From positions 83,142,001-83,206,000 of the forward strand of contig CM060732.1 of assembly GCA_030704615.1 (NCBI GenBank): a DNA stretch of 64,000 nt, read 5' to 3'. The stretch is from Takakia lepidozioides. Taxonomy: Eukaryota > Plantae > Bryophyta. The number at the start of each line of letters is the position of its first letter. The first letter of the stretch is position 1. A model generated the notes under the pieces. The model worked only from the letters and a program-made list of their open reading frames with translations, was not told the DNA's origin and did no database searches. Below, in pieces: positions 35,965 to 49,500 of this stretch. The position numbers and the translations under genes were made by a program.

Positions 35965-36922
35965 TCGTAAAGACCCGGCCAGGATTAGAGAGGATGGCAT
36001 CTTATGGGGCGGGATTTTTCCGCCAGGCGAGGATGGCACCTTACCTTATGTTGCGTAAAGTTCCTCCTCTCGTGGAGAGGAAGAACCTTACGACGCGTGA
36101 GGTTCTTGCTCTTGTGAGCCCTCCGATCAAGAGAATCGCAACCATCAAAATGCGAAGTCCGGGTGGGGCCTTCGGCCGGGGGCTCGGGGCCTAATAAGGC
36201 ACGAGGCGGTCCCCTCATTTTAGGACCTCACCCTACACGTAGAAAACCACAAGGAAGCATACCCGCTTCGTTCGTAAAGACCCGGCCAGGATTTCTTAGT
36301 TAGAGAGGATGGCATCTTACGGGGCGGGATTTTTAGGATGGCACCTTATGTATAGTGGAGGGCATTACACTGCATAAAGCACATGCAACAAAAAGGTACG
36401 GCGTGCCCAAGCCTCGCTGCCCAATGCATTAGAGGGGAGTGTAATGCCCGCCCGGCCAAGCGATGAATTCTGGTTTTTGATGGCAGGATAAATACAAAGA
36501 TAAAAGATAAAGATTCTTTAACGTCCAGTGAATTTACAGAGCCTACTGCTCAACACACAGGCCATCGAGGGCCCAATGGACAGTCTGAAGGCACATGTTG
36601 AAGGATTGAACCCAGGATCACCTAGGTTATGCACAGGCAAGGCACAAACACCCAACCACTGGGCTACCTGCTCAAGAGAAAAAATGCAAGTGCTTTATGT
36701 CGCGTAAAGTTCCTCCTCTCGTGGAGAGGAAGCACCTTACGACGCGTGAGGTTCTTGCTCTTGTGAGCCCTCCGATCAAGAGAATCGCAACCATCAAAAT
36801 GAGAAATCCGGGTGGGGCCTTCGGCCGGGGGCTGGGGCCTAATAAGGCACGAGGCGGTCCCCTCATTTTAGGACCTCACCCTACACGTAGAAAACCACAA
36901 GGAAGCATACCCGCTTCGTTCG
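35965..36922. repeat. Local duplication A-B-A'-insert-B'
   Basis: A 35965-36050 matches A' 36272-36350. B 36046-36274 matches B' 36695-36922 with few mismatches. Confidence 0.93.
36490..36671 (-). mobile_element. tRNA-derived SINE-like element
   Basis: On the minus strand: A-box-like TAGCCCAGTGG, B-box GGTTCAATCC about 45 nt later, and a (TCTTTA)-type simple tail. No intact cloverleaf. Confidence 0.6.
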
Positions 36923-37574
36923 GCTCCAAGGGCGGGACAAAGCGTGTCAGAAGGTTATCCAACGCGTCATCCGGTCAAGGGATTGAAGTTTGTCGCCCAA
37001 CATTTGATGCACTAACTGGTGGGTTGGGTTCCTCGCAATCCGGTGGTGGGGTACTTCTGGTTACTGCTGAAAACAAGATGTACCAAATCAAGACCAGTGG
37101 GGTGGAAAAATAATCGGGAATGACACAGTGAAGGCACCTGGAAACTAAACCCTTCCCGGGTAGGTAGATCACTGGCGCTTGTTGCATTCTGTACATCTTG
37201 CTGGCCATCCTCGCTCTCCGCTGCGAATTTTTGGGTTGTCATCGCCAGTTCTCTTCTAGTGCAGAACGTTGACTCATGAGGCTGTGTGCTTTTCGTCTTG
37301 CTCAATTTGGTTTTGTATCCCATATGCCCATGTTGCTTGCTTACAGACCGTCCGCAAGAAGTTTTGTGATGGCAGGCTGTGTGAGGGGTCCCGTTACATG
37401 ATTGTATTGGGAAAGCTCTTGCATTTCCAAGACAATACACACGTTCAATACTGCAGGGAGAACGCTAACGGAAGGGAGAGAGGGAGTGCGATGTAAGAGT
37501 GTCCCTGACCGGCCCAACCTTGCCATCTCCTTGCAATCAAGGCTCATTTTTCAAGTGACCTCTGCGGAAGAGAT

Positions 37575-40500
37575 ATGGAGAGAGACATGCGGTCAATCAA
37601 CGCTCGGAGACAGGAGCTGCTGCAGTCAGGGCTGACTTTGGGACCCACAAATTCGACTCCGCCTGTCAGTGTAAAGAGAGAGGATCGGTCTTCAGAAGGA
37701 TTTACATTGGGTAATTCCTCTCTGAAATCTAGGCTGTCGGACGTGAATCACGGAGGTTATGGGGACAAAGGAGACATTGGACTGAAGGTCAATGCTGCTG
37801 TCAGGGGGGAAATGGAATCCATTCCAGCCCTGGAATCCGGTGTGCGGACCACCCCTGGCCTTCATTTCGATACCAGGTAGGAGTTAACCTTTTGACTTCA
37901 TTTACTTGTGGGTAAGAGCATCAGAAACTTTTCCCATGTGTTCATGGATCTCATCTAGATTTCATCACAATTATGATACCAGGTTGGACTCTCAGATCGG
38001 CTGCACGGAATTATTTGAATCGGGCTCTATATATGTGGCCGAATTACTTTGGATTCTTGTCACAAATCCCTTGGATAATCATGTGAGGAATGCACCAATT
38101 AGAGGTGCTCTCTGTGAGCTTGCATCATCTATTTAGCATGCCAAATACTGAGATTTCTCATTTGTCAAAGACCTATTTCTCAAGTTTTAGGTTCTTCCTC
38201 TTATAGCGCCTAGCCTAATGTATCCGCACTCCAGATACCTGCCAATCACTGGAATGGCACTCTCTGTTGCATGTTTACACCCTCGGTCTTTGCCCCACAT
38301 TCCATATTTAGACTGGCTTTGATGTGACTGCAAGCTTTATAATTTGACTCTGCCACAACACTGAGCAGGTAGTTTCTCTTTGATCCCAGTTGTCAGCTGG
38401 TGCACATCTATATCATGGTGCAAGTTATTTACTTTGGCATCAATTTGAAGATTTGGTCATTTCTTCAGGGAAGAGTTGATCACACTCAGTGCTAGCCAAC
38501 TTGATTCTTCCTAAGATATCACTAAAGAGGGTTTAGCTGTCTCTGGTCCTTCCTCCCCTTCCTTCCTCCCTCTTTGGCCCCTTCCTGATCGATGCTGACC
38601 TGGCTTACTGGTGGAGGAAATTGCTCAATGTCTTTGATAAGGACCCTAAAATAATCCTAATACGGTAGGTAGCCCTAAACATTTGTGGGAAAGACAGCCG
38701 CTTTTCAAATGTGCACAGGGCAGAGGTGTGCCTTTTTACTTTTCTATGTGGATAGAGTGCATGCCATGACCTTGCAAGGTGGGACCATATACCCCATAAG
38801 CTGTTGGGGCTGGCTAACACTTTCAGGGGTTTCAGCTGATGGGTTGGCCTCCTTCAGGGGAGATGCAGTGAGGTCAACTCCAACCGTGACTCCAATGTTG
38901 GGTGATTCCAAGTCTTTGGCTTTACCTCAGAGTCTCCTTCATTTCAGACAGGGCACCCAAGTGCAGCAGCGGTTGAGTAATTCAAATGGGTCAATGTTGA
39001 CCTTTTCAACAAATAGCAATATAACAGATGGTTCTCCGAGGGGGATGACAACAAAGGAAGCAAGCCCCACCAGCTCACCTGGTCAGATGAGAAAACCGAT
39101 GCCACCAGGTAATGCTGGGCAGCAGAATCTGAAGCCCACTACTGCCCCACGGCAGACACCACCCCAAGAGGGAGAGATTAGCAAGGGGCAAGGGGTTGTC
39201 CTGGTTCAAGGCAGCCCTCAACACCAAGCTCTTCAGCAGCAGGCCCTCCACCAACAGGTCATTACCCTTGTCACCCCTTAAACTCCCTCTCTCCCTCTCC
39301 AAACTGGGTGCGGGGTCTATGGCCACAAGGCTACAGCAAAGAAAGTCTTATGAGTACATTCTCTCTCTCTCCCTCCCTCCATTTTCTGATACATTGTCCG
39401 GGGTATTCTCCCCAGAGAGTGACCCTCTTCAGGAACATCAAGAACATGGTTCCTGCACCTCTGTTCACCAACTTTCAAAATCTTCGAGGCTGAGCCTAAA
39501 GCCCTGGCCCTGTTGGGGTCTAGCACGCAGCAGATTGATGGTTGTGCTCAGCTCTTATGGGAGAAATTACAACTAGCAGTTAAAGAGGCACCACTCCAGA
39601 GTGACAGGCAGAAGCCTCCACAAACTCCCCAGGCATTTCGTTTCTGTGTAAAAGCAGGGCTATAAAACTAAAATCAATAACCCTGCAACCGGGTTTTCGA
39701 GTTCGCATGCGGACAAGTGCCTTTGCGAGCACCTCAAGGACAGTTGCGGGAAATGAGTTTATACCTGCAGCTGAGTTGCAGGGATAAGCTAAACCGAACC
39801 CCACAAAAGGCTCCGGGAGGGTTAGTTTCCCGCGGGGTCAATGGACTTAAGGCTATGGCAAGCCAACATTTGCAGGAATGGCACTCTCTCACACACTCTC
39901 TCTCTGGAGTCTATGGCCACAAGGCAATGGCATACAATGTCTCATGAGTACATTCGCTATCTCTGTCCCTGTCTCTGTCTCCATCTCCAATGGTGGTCAA
40001 AGCTGGCAGGAAAAAGATATGAATTCTTTCTAATTATTTGGTGTTGGGGGATTGATTCAGCAGTGTATAGATCTTAGCATCCTGCCCTTAAGGCTATGAT
40101 GTCACGCACTTTTAAAACCTGTAGTATTTTCAGGGGGTAATTTTTCCCACATTGATTTCGAGGAGAGATCTAAAAACAGATCTATAAGAGATCTATAAAA
40201 GTTGAGGTGGTTGGAAGTCTGGGTTGGATTTTGTCATGAACTCGATGCAATGTTAAGGGCTTTTCGCGGGGCAAATTGAAAAGCCATAATCAGCTTAGTT
40301 TATGATGGTAAGTCCTACTACTGGAGTGTGTCCTCAATGAAGGCACTCCCCCGCCTGCTGCTATCCTCTCCTGCCCTCTCACCCTCTGCCTTTTGTGCTC
40401 AGTCAAAACTGGGAAGTCTAGAGCCAAACAGCTATGACGAGCAAAGTCTTGGAGGACATTACTGCTTCCCCACCCCCCCTTTCTTAGACAATGTGTGACT

Positions 40501-43500
40501 CACATTGTCACATGTGGCAAAAGTTGAGCTACAGCAGCAGCAGTGCTGGATTCTACTTTGGCCTCTCTTTAAGCTCACTTCTCAGACACTTGTTGTCGGT
40601 GGCCGCGCCTGAGCTCTATGGCAACTCTTGGATGAGTCTCATGTACTCTTTGCTCCACAGGCCGCTCTGGGAGGGTTAGCACCCCATGGGACTAGCCCTT
40701 TAGAGCATCTCATTGGGAACAGTCAATGATCTCTCTCTCTTCTAGACTAGCGTGGCTGCAGTGTCCCATATCCATTGCAGAAGTGCTGGAATCAACATGT
40801 GTTTTCTGGCATGATCTCTATACCAGCTTGTACATCAAACACTCAATCCTCTGCAACCAGATCTCAGTGGCTGTTGCATGAGTCTATGGTAATGTAGATT
40901 AAGTCCCATATACCCTGGTGGCTGGAAGCCCCACAACTGGCTCTAGGAGGGTTATTATGCCTTTGGGTGTGTCATTTCTCCAGGAATGGTCAATGAGTAG
41001 ATCTCTAGACAGTGTGATATTCACCTGTCTCACATCTGCTGCCAGATTGAGTGCTAGAGCACAGTGCTGGAACCGCTGGTGAAGATTCACCAGCGACTTA
41101 ATAAGATGAGCAATGCATTCTTACATGTTAAATTGTAGCTGGACTGGAAATCCAACTCTTCTCTTTTGAGAAAAATTGAAAAACCAAGGCACTTCACATT
41201 GACATTGGCACTTGGCCCCCAACAGACGCTTCATCAAGCAGCATTGCACCAGCGCCCTCCCCAGCAGCAGGCAGCCTTCCAAGCAGGTCATTTCAAGGGG
41301 GGTCCCTCACCTCCACAACTGTCTCAGACGCAGCACATGGGGTTGTCTCAACTTCATCCTCAGCGAAACGTGCCCCCACAAAGTCAAGCCATGAAGCTGG
41401 AGCCCATGGAAATTGAACGCATGCCGCCATCAGGCCGAATGTGTCCATTCAATTGGGCATCTCCAGATCAAGCCTCAATATTGGATCAAGGGTCTTTATT
41501 AGACCCGGCTTCTCCCTTGGAGAGAGGTCTGCCTCATAAAGAGACAGTAGAGGCTGCAGACAGGGACCAGGGAAAAGGACCAAATCAAGAAGCGAGCAAA
41601 GTGTCAGTTTCACCAGGGGAGTCCAGGGATTCTGGGAGCCGGTTAGGGAGGGGTTTGCAAGAGGGAGGGGGAAGAGAAGGTGGTGGTGGATACTCAACAG
41701 GCCATTCTGGCGGCCGCTCATCAAGAGAGGGGGTGTTTGCTGATCTTAACGCGGAACCTCCGCCTAGTGATGGAGAAGAGGACGGTGTGCCTGCAAGCGA
41801 TGGATTGCCTCCCATTGCTCAACCGGAGTCCAGCAGGTGCACTTTGCATCCTACTTAACCATCTGGACAAAATCTCTGTGAGTGAAGGAGGGAGACAAGG
41901 AGAAGGAGAGGGAGGGATAGGGTGACGTACCCTGTTCACGTCGTTTGATGTGTGATAGAGACAGTCTGTGTTGTTGAGCAGAAAGGTGGGGCAGACGAGA
42001 GGAAGAGTAAAAACAGAAAAGGAGGGCATTCACTGTCTTTGTAAGCTCACACTCCTGAGATTTAGTTCTAGCCTTAACAGTACTTCTCCAAACGTTATCA
42101 TTCACAGCTTCTAATTGTTCACAAATCAATCTAGCACCCTGCCAAGGATGGAGGGAAAGAGAACATTCAGCGGAGGTAGCGTGTGGCCATAGACTTGTCT
42201 GTGGTGAACCTGCAGGGGAAGACAAAATAAGTGAGGACGAATAATACTTGGGAAGTAAGAGCTTGGGCCCTGACTTAATGAGCAAGCCTTAATATGCTGG
42301 TGACCCAGATGTTGATGAATTCCTCATGGTGCAGGACCACACCTGATGACAAGAAGAAGCGCAAGAAAGTAGTGAAGGAGCCAAAGTGTGTGAAGGAAGG
42401 AGATGAAGAAACCAAAAAGGCAGGGAAGCCCACAAAGTCACGGTCAAAGCCTAAAGGAGAACTGGTCACTGATGCAGGGTTGGACATCGACTCCGATGCA
42501 CACCTTGTTGGTCTCCCTACGACCCGTGAGGAAAAGATCAAAAGCTTGAAAGAAGTATGTCTGGCTAACAGCTCTGGGGCCAAATGTGTGTTATTTGGCT
42601 TTTGGGTGTCGGTAGTCAGTGTGCCGCCAGCCTGAGGGAGAAATGAAATGAAATGGTGCTTGAGGGAGAGAAAGAGCAAGGGAGAGATAGAGAGAGAAAA
42701 AAGTTTGGCATTATTCAAGAAAAAGCACGTTCTCAGGGTTGCCACAGACTCCGCTGATAGCTGTAGTTATGACATTTGTTTAATATCTCTCTATATTTTT
42801 GTACATTTTCTAAGGATACCTGCTTTGACAAACATGTTTGTGAACCTCATTCTAGTATATTCTCTACACAACAACCGGGGTTATATGTGTGTCTAAACTT
42901 TGTTTGCCATTGCATTCCATTTCAGGGTCTCATACATGTCTCCCGAAAGCTCCCAAAGAATGCTCATGCACATTTTGCACTGGGTCTGATGTATCAGCGG
43001 CTTGGGCAGCCTCTTAAGGTTCGTGAGTTCTTGGCTGGTCATGAAGATTTTGGGTAGGAGGTGTCTCAATTTGTCTGTATGTTTAAATTACCCATTCTTG
43101 AAAAAACATTAACATGCTTTCTGAATTGAAAGGGTACTTCTTTCTTTATGTCCGAAAGAACACCAATCATAGCCATTTTTGTTGATGCTTACAGGCAGCA
43201 ACAGCATTTGAGAAAGCAATAGAGATACTAAAGCAAGCAGAGGAGGAGACTGGGCACAGTAGAACACGATTGCTGGCTCTCGTGCAGAACCACCGCACCC
43301 AGGTTTGTGCCAATCTGCAGTATTATTCCTTAATAAGAGAACCACATGATACTTCCCAATCACAGATTCATACAGCAAGCTTTACTACACAAATTCATGG
43401 AAGACAACTGTAGACATCAAGCTGGCACATAACCCTAGATACAGCGATGTGCACAAGGACATTCTCCGGTTTTGTCTACATGAATGTCCAGGATACAACT

Positions 43501-46500
43501 ACCTTTGTAGTAGTCCTTTGTGTAGCACTTGTTATCCACTATAAAGACCCAACCACATTCCTGGCCACCTTTGTGTAAAACATTTATCAGTAACACACCT
43601 GCTGACCTTCTTATCCAAATAGACTGAACTGCAGTTCCTCAATGTCCTGTATGAAAATTATAATTTTAGTTTACTTGTTAGTTACCCTTTTGTACAGGAA
43701 ACTGCCGCGTTGCCTGTAGCAGCTGGTGGTAACCGACAGGTACCAAGGTCTAATGTTAGGAACAGCTTGATTGTAACATTATTTACCCTGTACAAACCAG
43801 CATAGTCCTGAATGCTTGCTGCACAAACCTGCAAGTGTGGATACTTTTGCACGGACATTGCACTTGTCAAGAATAGTTGAGTACTTAGGACTTTGTGACT
43901 ATTCAAAGATTCCTGATGCTTCTCATTCCCAGCACTTGGTTTAGACTTTAGATGCCAGTTTAGTCCTTAAATGATTACAGCACAACCTCATAAATCCCGA
44001 TTTTTGCTAACTGTTGGTGTCTGGGAGATTGGTCAACATCTCTTAACAGTATTGCTTCAGCAAGTTGACATTGAAAGTGGGTGTACTCTAAGCCCTTCAG
44101 GTATCTGCTACTTTTAAGCCACGTCATTCACCTTCCAGACTGCTAATATGGACCACTTTAGCAAGGACTCAGTTTAGGGCACCTTCGCGTATATGCTCTG
44201 ATGAGGAACAACACGAAAAAATGCATGGCCTCTGATGAGATGCATTGTATAGGATCGGTGTAGAGCTTGGCATCCTCCTTGGCCAACTTCATGGAGTCTT
44301 TGGTTTGCTGCAATGATGCCTTCTTGCCCTGTGGCTGATGGGGAGGATTGCTACAGAAGGGTTATTTACTGAGAGTATACTCACATGTGGGGTTCTGTCA
44401 GGCAAATCAGCAGGAACTCATGGTCCTTCCAAAACTGCCTTCAGATAGTCGAGTCATTTTGGGGCTGACAGGTGTTTGTTAGGTGGGCCAGTGTTTGTTG
44501 CAGGGGAGTATTGGGGTCCAAGTGGGAATTGGTAAGGAGTTCCAGAAAGAGGAGGTTGACAGTGTGGTTAGCAAGCTGCAAGAGATGACCCACACAGCTG
44601 GTGGGCAGGCCTCCATTTGGAACACCCTGGGTCTTTTACTCCTACGCACTGGCCGGATCCAGGTCCTTGCTTCTATCGGCTTTTTCATCTTACAAGGAGA
44701 GTGGGTGCCTGGGTCTAGGGTTACAATGGTACAGCAAGCATGGGATCTGATATGTCCATCACTGCATCTCTTTCTATTTTCTTTGTGAGCAGTTTGAATT
44801 ATCTCTGGCCACATGGACAGAGTAAGCACATGCATTTCCCTTTCTCCTGTCCCTCTAAATGTGCACACTCACAACTCTCTTCTGGTAGAGTCGAGCTTTC
44901 TTGAGCCAATCTGGAAAGTGACAACCAACTTTTCTTTTGAAGTTTAACTCACACTGCTGCAGTCAGCCTTCTGCAACTATAGAAGCCCCAGGCCCCTTCC
45001 TCCCTTGCTCCTTCCCTGCCTCTTTTGCCCCACTTAAACAGGGTGTGGTGTCTATGGCCACCACGTACTACAAGCAACTTATAATGAGTACATCATCTCC
45101 CCTTACAAAAACAGTAAGAGCTGACAGAAAACTTGCATAATCAGCCTTTACAAAAAGGGTAGGTGATAATTTGAGGACAATATTGTTGCATGTGGAGTAA
45201 TGCTGAGCTCCACAGAGTCTTTTAGTTTGACACTATTGCTCCTTATCTCAGGCTGTTTAAGATCAAAAAGCTGATAAGACGTTCCATTCCTTCTGTATTG
45301 ATACATGTTAAGGTTCTTGTTGTAAGAAATCACAGAATGTGCAGAACATTTGCAGTTCCTTTGTGTAAACTTGTAGCTTGTTTCTGTCCAGTATGCTCGT
45401 TCTGTTTTGTAAGTCAATTTAGTACTGTCAGATGTGGCCATCCCAAAATTCCACAAGAAGCTGCTGTGTTTACATTTGGCTTGGTGGGGAAGGAACAGAG
45501 TGCAATTGCTGTCTTGACATCACTGTTGGAAGTTGTACCCAAGTATTTGGATGCTCTTGCCAATCTTGGTGTTGCCTACTTGCACAGGTCTGTCTTCCTC
45601 TCTTTCTCTGCCAGAACAGTGATGTTCAGTGCCCACCAGTAACATGGGTTGCTTTTGTGGCACGGTAGAGGGCTAAAGGAGTAGCGCTGGAATTCACTTG
45701 ATACTTTCTAGCAAGATACCAATGCCAGCCCTTGGATTCCCTCAAAATATCAGCTAACAGGATTGTTGTCAGTTGTACTCAAGAGCTATGACCATATTGG
45801 GCTGTGTCTCATATATCCTGGTGAGCCTCAAGCCCACACCAGGTGGTTCATATCCTTCAGGGACTAGTGTGCAAGGTCACCTTCATAACCAGTGTTTGTA
45901 GGATGTGATGGTGTACATCATCTCTTTCTCTCTGTCTAGTACGCCACAAGGCTATGGCGAATGAGTATTCTGTGTGTAATCTATCTGACAGCAGTACAAC
46001 AGCAGTGCTGGATGATCATTATGCCTTCGGTTGTGATCACAATGTGAATCTCAAGTCAACAGTGACTGGCTGTGTTGCTTCATTCCTATAGCATCTACAA
46101 GCTGGGTGCAAAACATTGGTGGGATAACCAACTCCAGGGGTGTGGGGGGGACGAGAACTAGGAGTGGAAGGGTACATTAGAGCACATGTTCACAACCAAA
46201 TCTTCATAACCATGTTCACAAGTATTTCTCTCTTTGTCCCTGTTGAGGTTATATAAAGTTTCTTTGTCTTTCTTCTTCCTCTATTTGCGATGTTACTAGC
46301 AAACATATTCATTCTATTCTCGTAAGAAAAACGATTTGGAGCAATGTACTGACAGGAAGACATTTGGGAGGTTGTCGATGTACAGTGGTGAATTGGCGCG
46401 GGCGGCACGCTGTTTGCAGGCAGTTCTGGAGAAGGATCGCAACCATCCTGGCACACTCGTCAACTATGGTGCCCTGCTTGTTCGCCAATATGGATCCTCT

Positions 46501-49500
46501 TTTGCAGGTACCTGTTTTCTCTTATCTTTTCTGTATCTGTACGGCAATGTGTGTAGAGAGGGAAGTTTGGCAAAATGGTCATTCATTGTCAAGAACAGGG
46601 ATGTACTCATCAGACCTATTGACCCCAGAATTCAGACACAAGGAGGGCCACAGCTTTCAGTGTTGTCTTGGGGTTCTTGAACTGAGTGAATAGGTTTAGT
46701 TCAGTATGCCAGAAAGGGCCTTCTGCTGAACAGAGGACCAGTTACAATGCATCATAAGTTGTTGATTATCATCACTATCATGTGGATTCCTTTTTCCCTT
46801 TTTTCGAGCTCGGTTAATGTACAGGTAGGGTACTCTTTTTTTTCCACATCAGCCCATTACCCAACTTGGGAGTGCCTCTTGGTAGTCCTTAAGCCCCACT
46901 GTATCATTGAAGGCTGAGAAAGTCTCCTTTCCTGAAGAGGTTAACAATGATGCGCTCCTCCTTGTAGGAAGAGATCACTAAGGGAATGCATCTTGAAATC
47001 TCCTAATTAGTTGCCAGCTAGATAGAAGTCTTACGCAGTCTTGCTTTTATCTCATTATAAGCCTTGTCAGTCAGGAAGTGAGTTCACTTTTCCTGGCAAT
47101 GTGTAGTTATCGCAGAAATAGGTGAGGAACTCCTTAAAGCCCTCATTCACGTAGAGAATGTAAGGAAGGAGGCTCAGGGACAGTAGCGAATATATTGAAA
47201 GTACAACAGAGCTAGAGGAAGAAAGAAACTCTATAATGTTGACAAGAACACAAAACAAATCAAAAAGTTATGACTAGAAATAATGACTTCAACCCCTACA
47301 TAGATGGGTCCTTGCAAAGATAATCTGCAAACTATTTCTACTCTTCAAACCAAAATGCATCTGCCAGCTTCTGGAGGACAGCATTACCTCTCCCTGATCT
47401 GATTATATGTGGGACATGAGGTGCTCTGTCTCCGCTTCTACATGGTGCAGACTGGATTTGCACGGGGTACTACTGGAATAGTTCATTTGTTATCGTTAAA
47501 GTTGATGTTGTAGTTATGGGGGCTTCTCGGTTAGCAGTGCCCCCTAATCACATGTAGGACAGTAGAATGAGAGAGGCCTCCATCACGACAAGGATCTATA
47601 CCACCATTCTTTGAGATAAACTGTTCAAGTGCACCAACGTAGATCCCAAAGGCTGGGGTAGAGTGGGCAGCCTTGTAAGAGACATAAGACAACATGTAGA
47701 TTGTAGAAAAACCATTTACATTTTAACTCGGTAAAAATATTTGCTTTGTTATAATTTACAAACCCAAACCCCAGGTAACAGAGTGTTGATGAGTAAAAAC
47801 GTTTGATCACGTAACCCTACTCACATCAAACCTAGTGCCCAGCGTGTTTGGCTTGTAGGAGGCCGAGAGATTCATCTCAACAGATGCTAAGCATTAATGC
47901 ATAGGCCCTGCAGTATAAGGCCCTTTCTAGTTGGGTGTTAATCACTGCCACAGTTTCTGGGACAGCGTTCATTTCCTTTTCAGCCAGCATTCGGCTTTCC
48001 TGGACTGGTATTGATATTGTAGCAGCAGTGTCTTCATGACTTGCAATCACCATTTTCTGGTAGTAGTCCCATACTGATCTTTTTTTTTTCGAAAAGGAGT
48101 TGGTGCTGGTGGAGGTCGGGATGCATATGCCACACAGCTGGCCGCAGCCGCTGTAGCACAGCGATGCTTAGAAGCTGCATTGAAGGAGGATGCAAGTGCA
48201 GGGCATGTGTGGGCTAATCTAGCAGCTGCCTTCTCTGTTTCTGGGAACCTTGGCAATGCCAGTTGCTGCTTAGAGCAAGTAAGCTCTTATCCTGTCTTTC
48301 TGCTTCATTTTTCTGTGGTGGGGCATGATTTTGTGAAGGGTTATGTTTCGGAGGGCCTACAACTATAATAATATAACCACCAAAATTTGTCCAGCCATCA
48401 CTTCATTCTCCTCACTTTCTTGACAAGTCCGAAATGTTCAGCATTGGGGTGGATCAGGTAGGAGTGGGGAAAGAGGAGGGTGGGTATTGATTTAGGATGC
48501 AGTAGTGTTCTTCAAAATTATCTAGGCAGCACAAATTTTGAAGATGCTGGTGTTAAACACATTCTCTTCCAAGGAGATTCAGACAGACAGACAGACAGAT
48601 TGCTTGTACAATCATTTTGGGCTTAGAGTTGGTCACCTAAATGGATGTTATTCCTTGCTCGTAAAGCTGAAGCTGTTTTATGACAATATGTTGGTCGTGT
48701 AGGCAACCAAATTGGAGCCTTCTCGAATGTCAACGCGATATGCAGTGGCATCACATCGTGTCAGGGATGCGGAGCAGTCTGAGCATCCTGTTGAACAGCT
48801 ATCGTGGGCAGCCAATGAGATGGCCTCAATCTTGAGGGAGGGAGACCCAGCAACTGTTCAACCACGGCTTGCGTGGGCAGGGTTGGCTATGGTGAATCGT
48901 GCTCAGCATGAGTCAGCCACTTCCTTTGAAGGAGGGGGTGCGGATTTGAAAGAAGTTGAAGACCGAGCAGTTCACACCCTACAGCAGGTGAGCCACTACG
49001 TCATCTTCAAATCTCTATTCTCTAATACTTATTAGATATAAATAAACCTTCATATCAGTCTTGAACTTTTCTTGTGGGGTATGTTACATCTGCTGTTGCA
49101 GAGTTTTGGTGTTGTGGGACTGCATGATTTGGGAAGAAGATGACCAGTAACAAAGTTACCTGTCACTTGAAGGTTTTGAGGAACAAGAAGCGCTGTGGAG
49201 GAAGCTTGACCTGAGTGCTCCAGCAGTGTCCGAGTTCCTCCCCTTTTTGGCTGCAAGGATGTGATAGCTTTTGTATGAAGCATATGGAAAACATTTAGAT
49301 CGGATACTTGGTTAAGATGCAATCTCAGTGTTGCTTTCAATTTGCAAAAACTGATCCATAATATGTATAGATACAAAGATATACACATGCACCCACATGA
49401 AGAAGAAATACTCAATTCCACAAACATGTGAAACTCAACAGCATTTTATCCGTGATTGCAGGCTATAATGGAGGATCCGGAGGATGCAGTGCAATGGCAA

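Noticed and set aside
36046-36274. 7SL, RNase MRP, snRNA or ITS identity for segment B
   Set aside because: Only short word matches (GCGTGAGG, CAAGGAA); the diagnostic motifs are absent.
37140-37160. CTAAACCCT as a telomerase RNA template
   Set aside because: An isolated 9-mer with no USE/TATA promoter or Pol III terminator context.
44190-44245. Hammerhead-like CTGATGA...GAAA
   Set aside because: Stems II and III cannot be formed. The CTGATGA at ~14377 also lacks GAAA.
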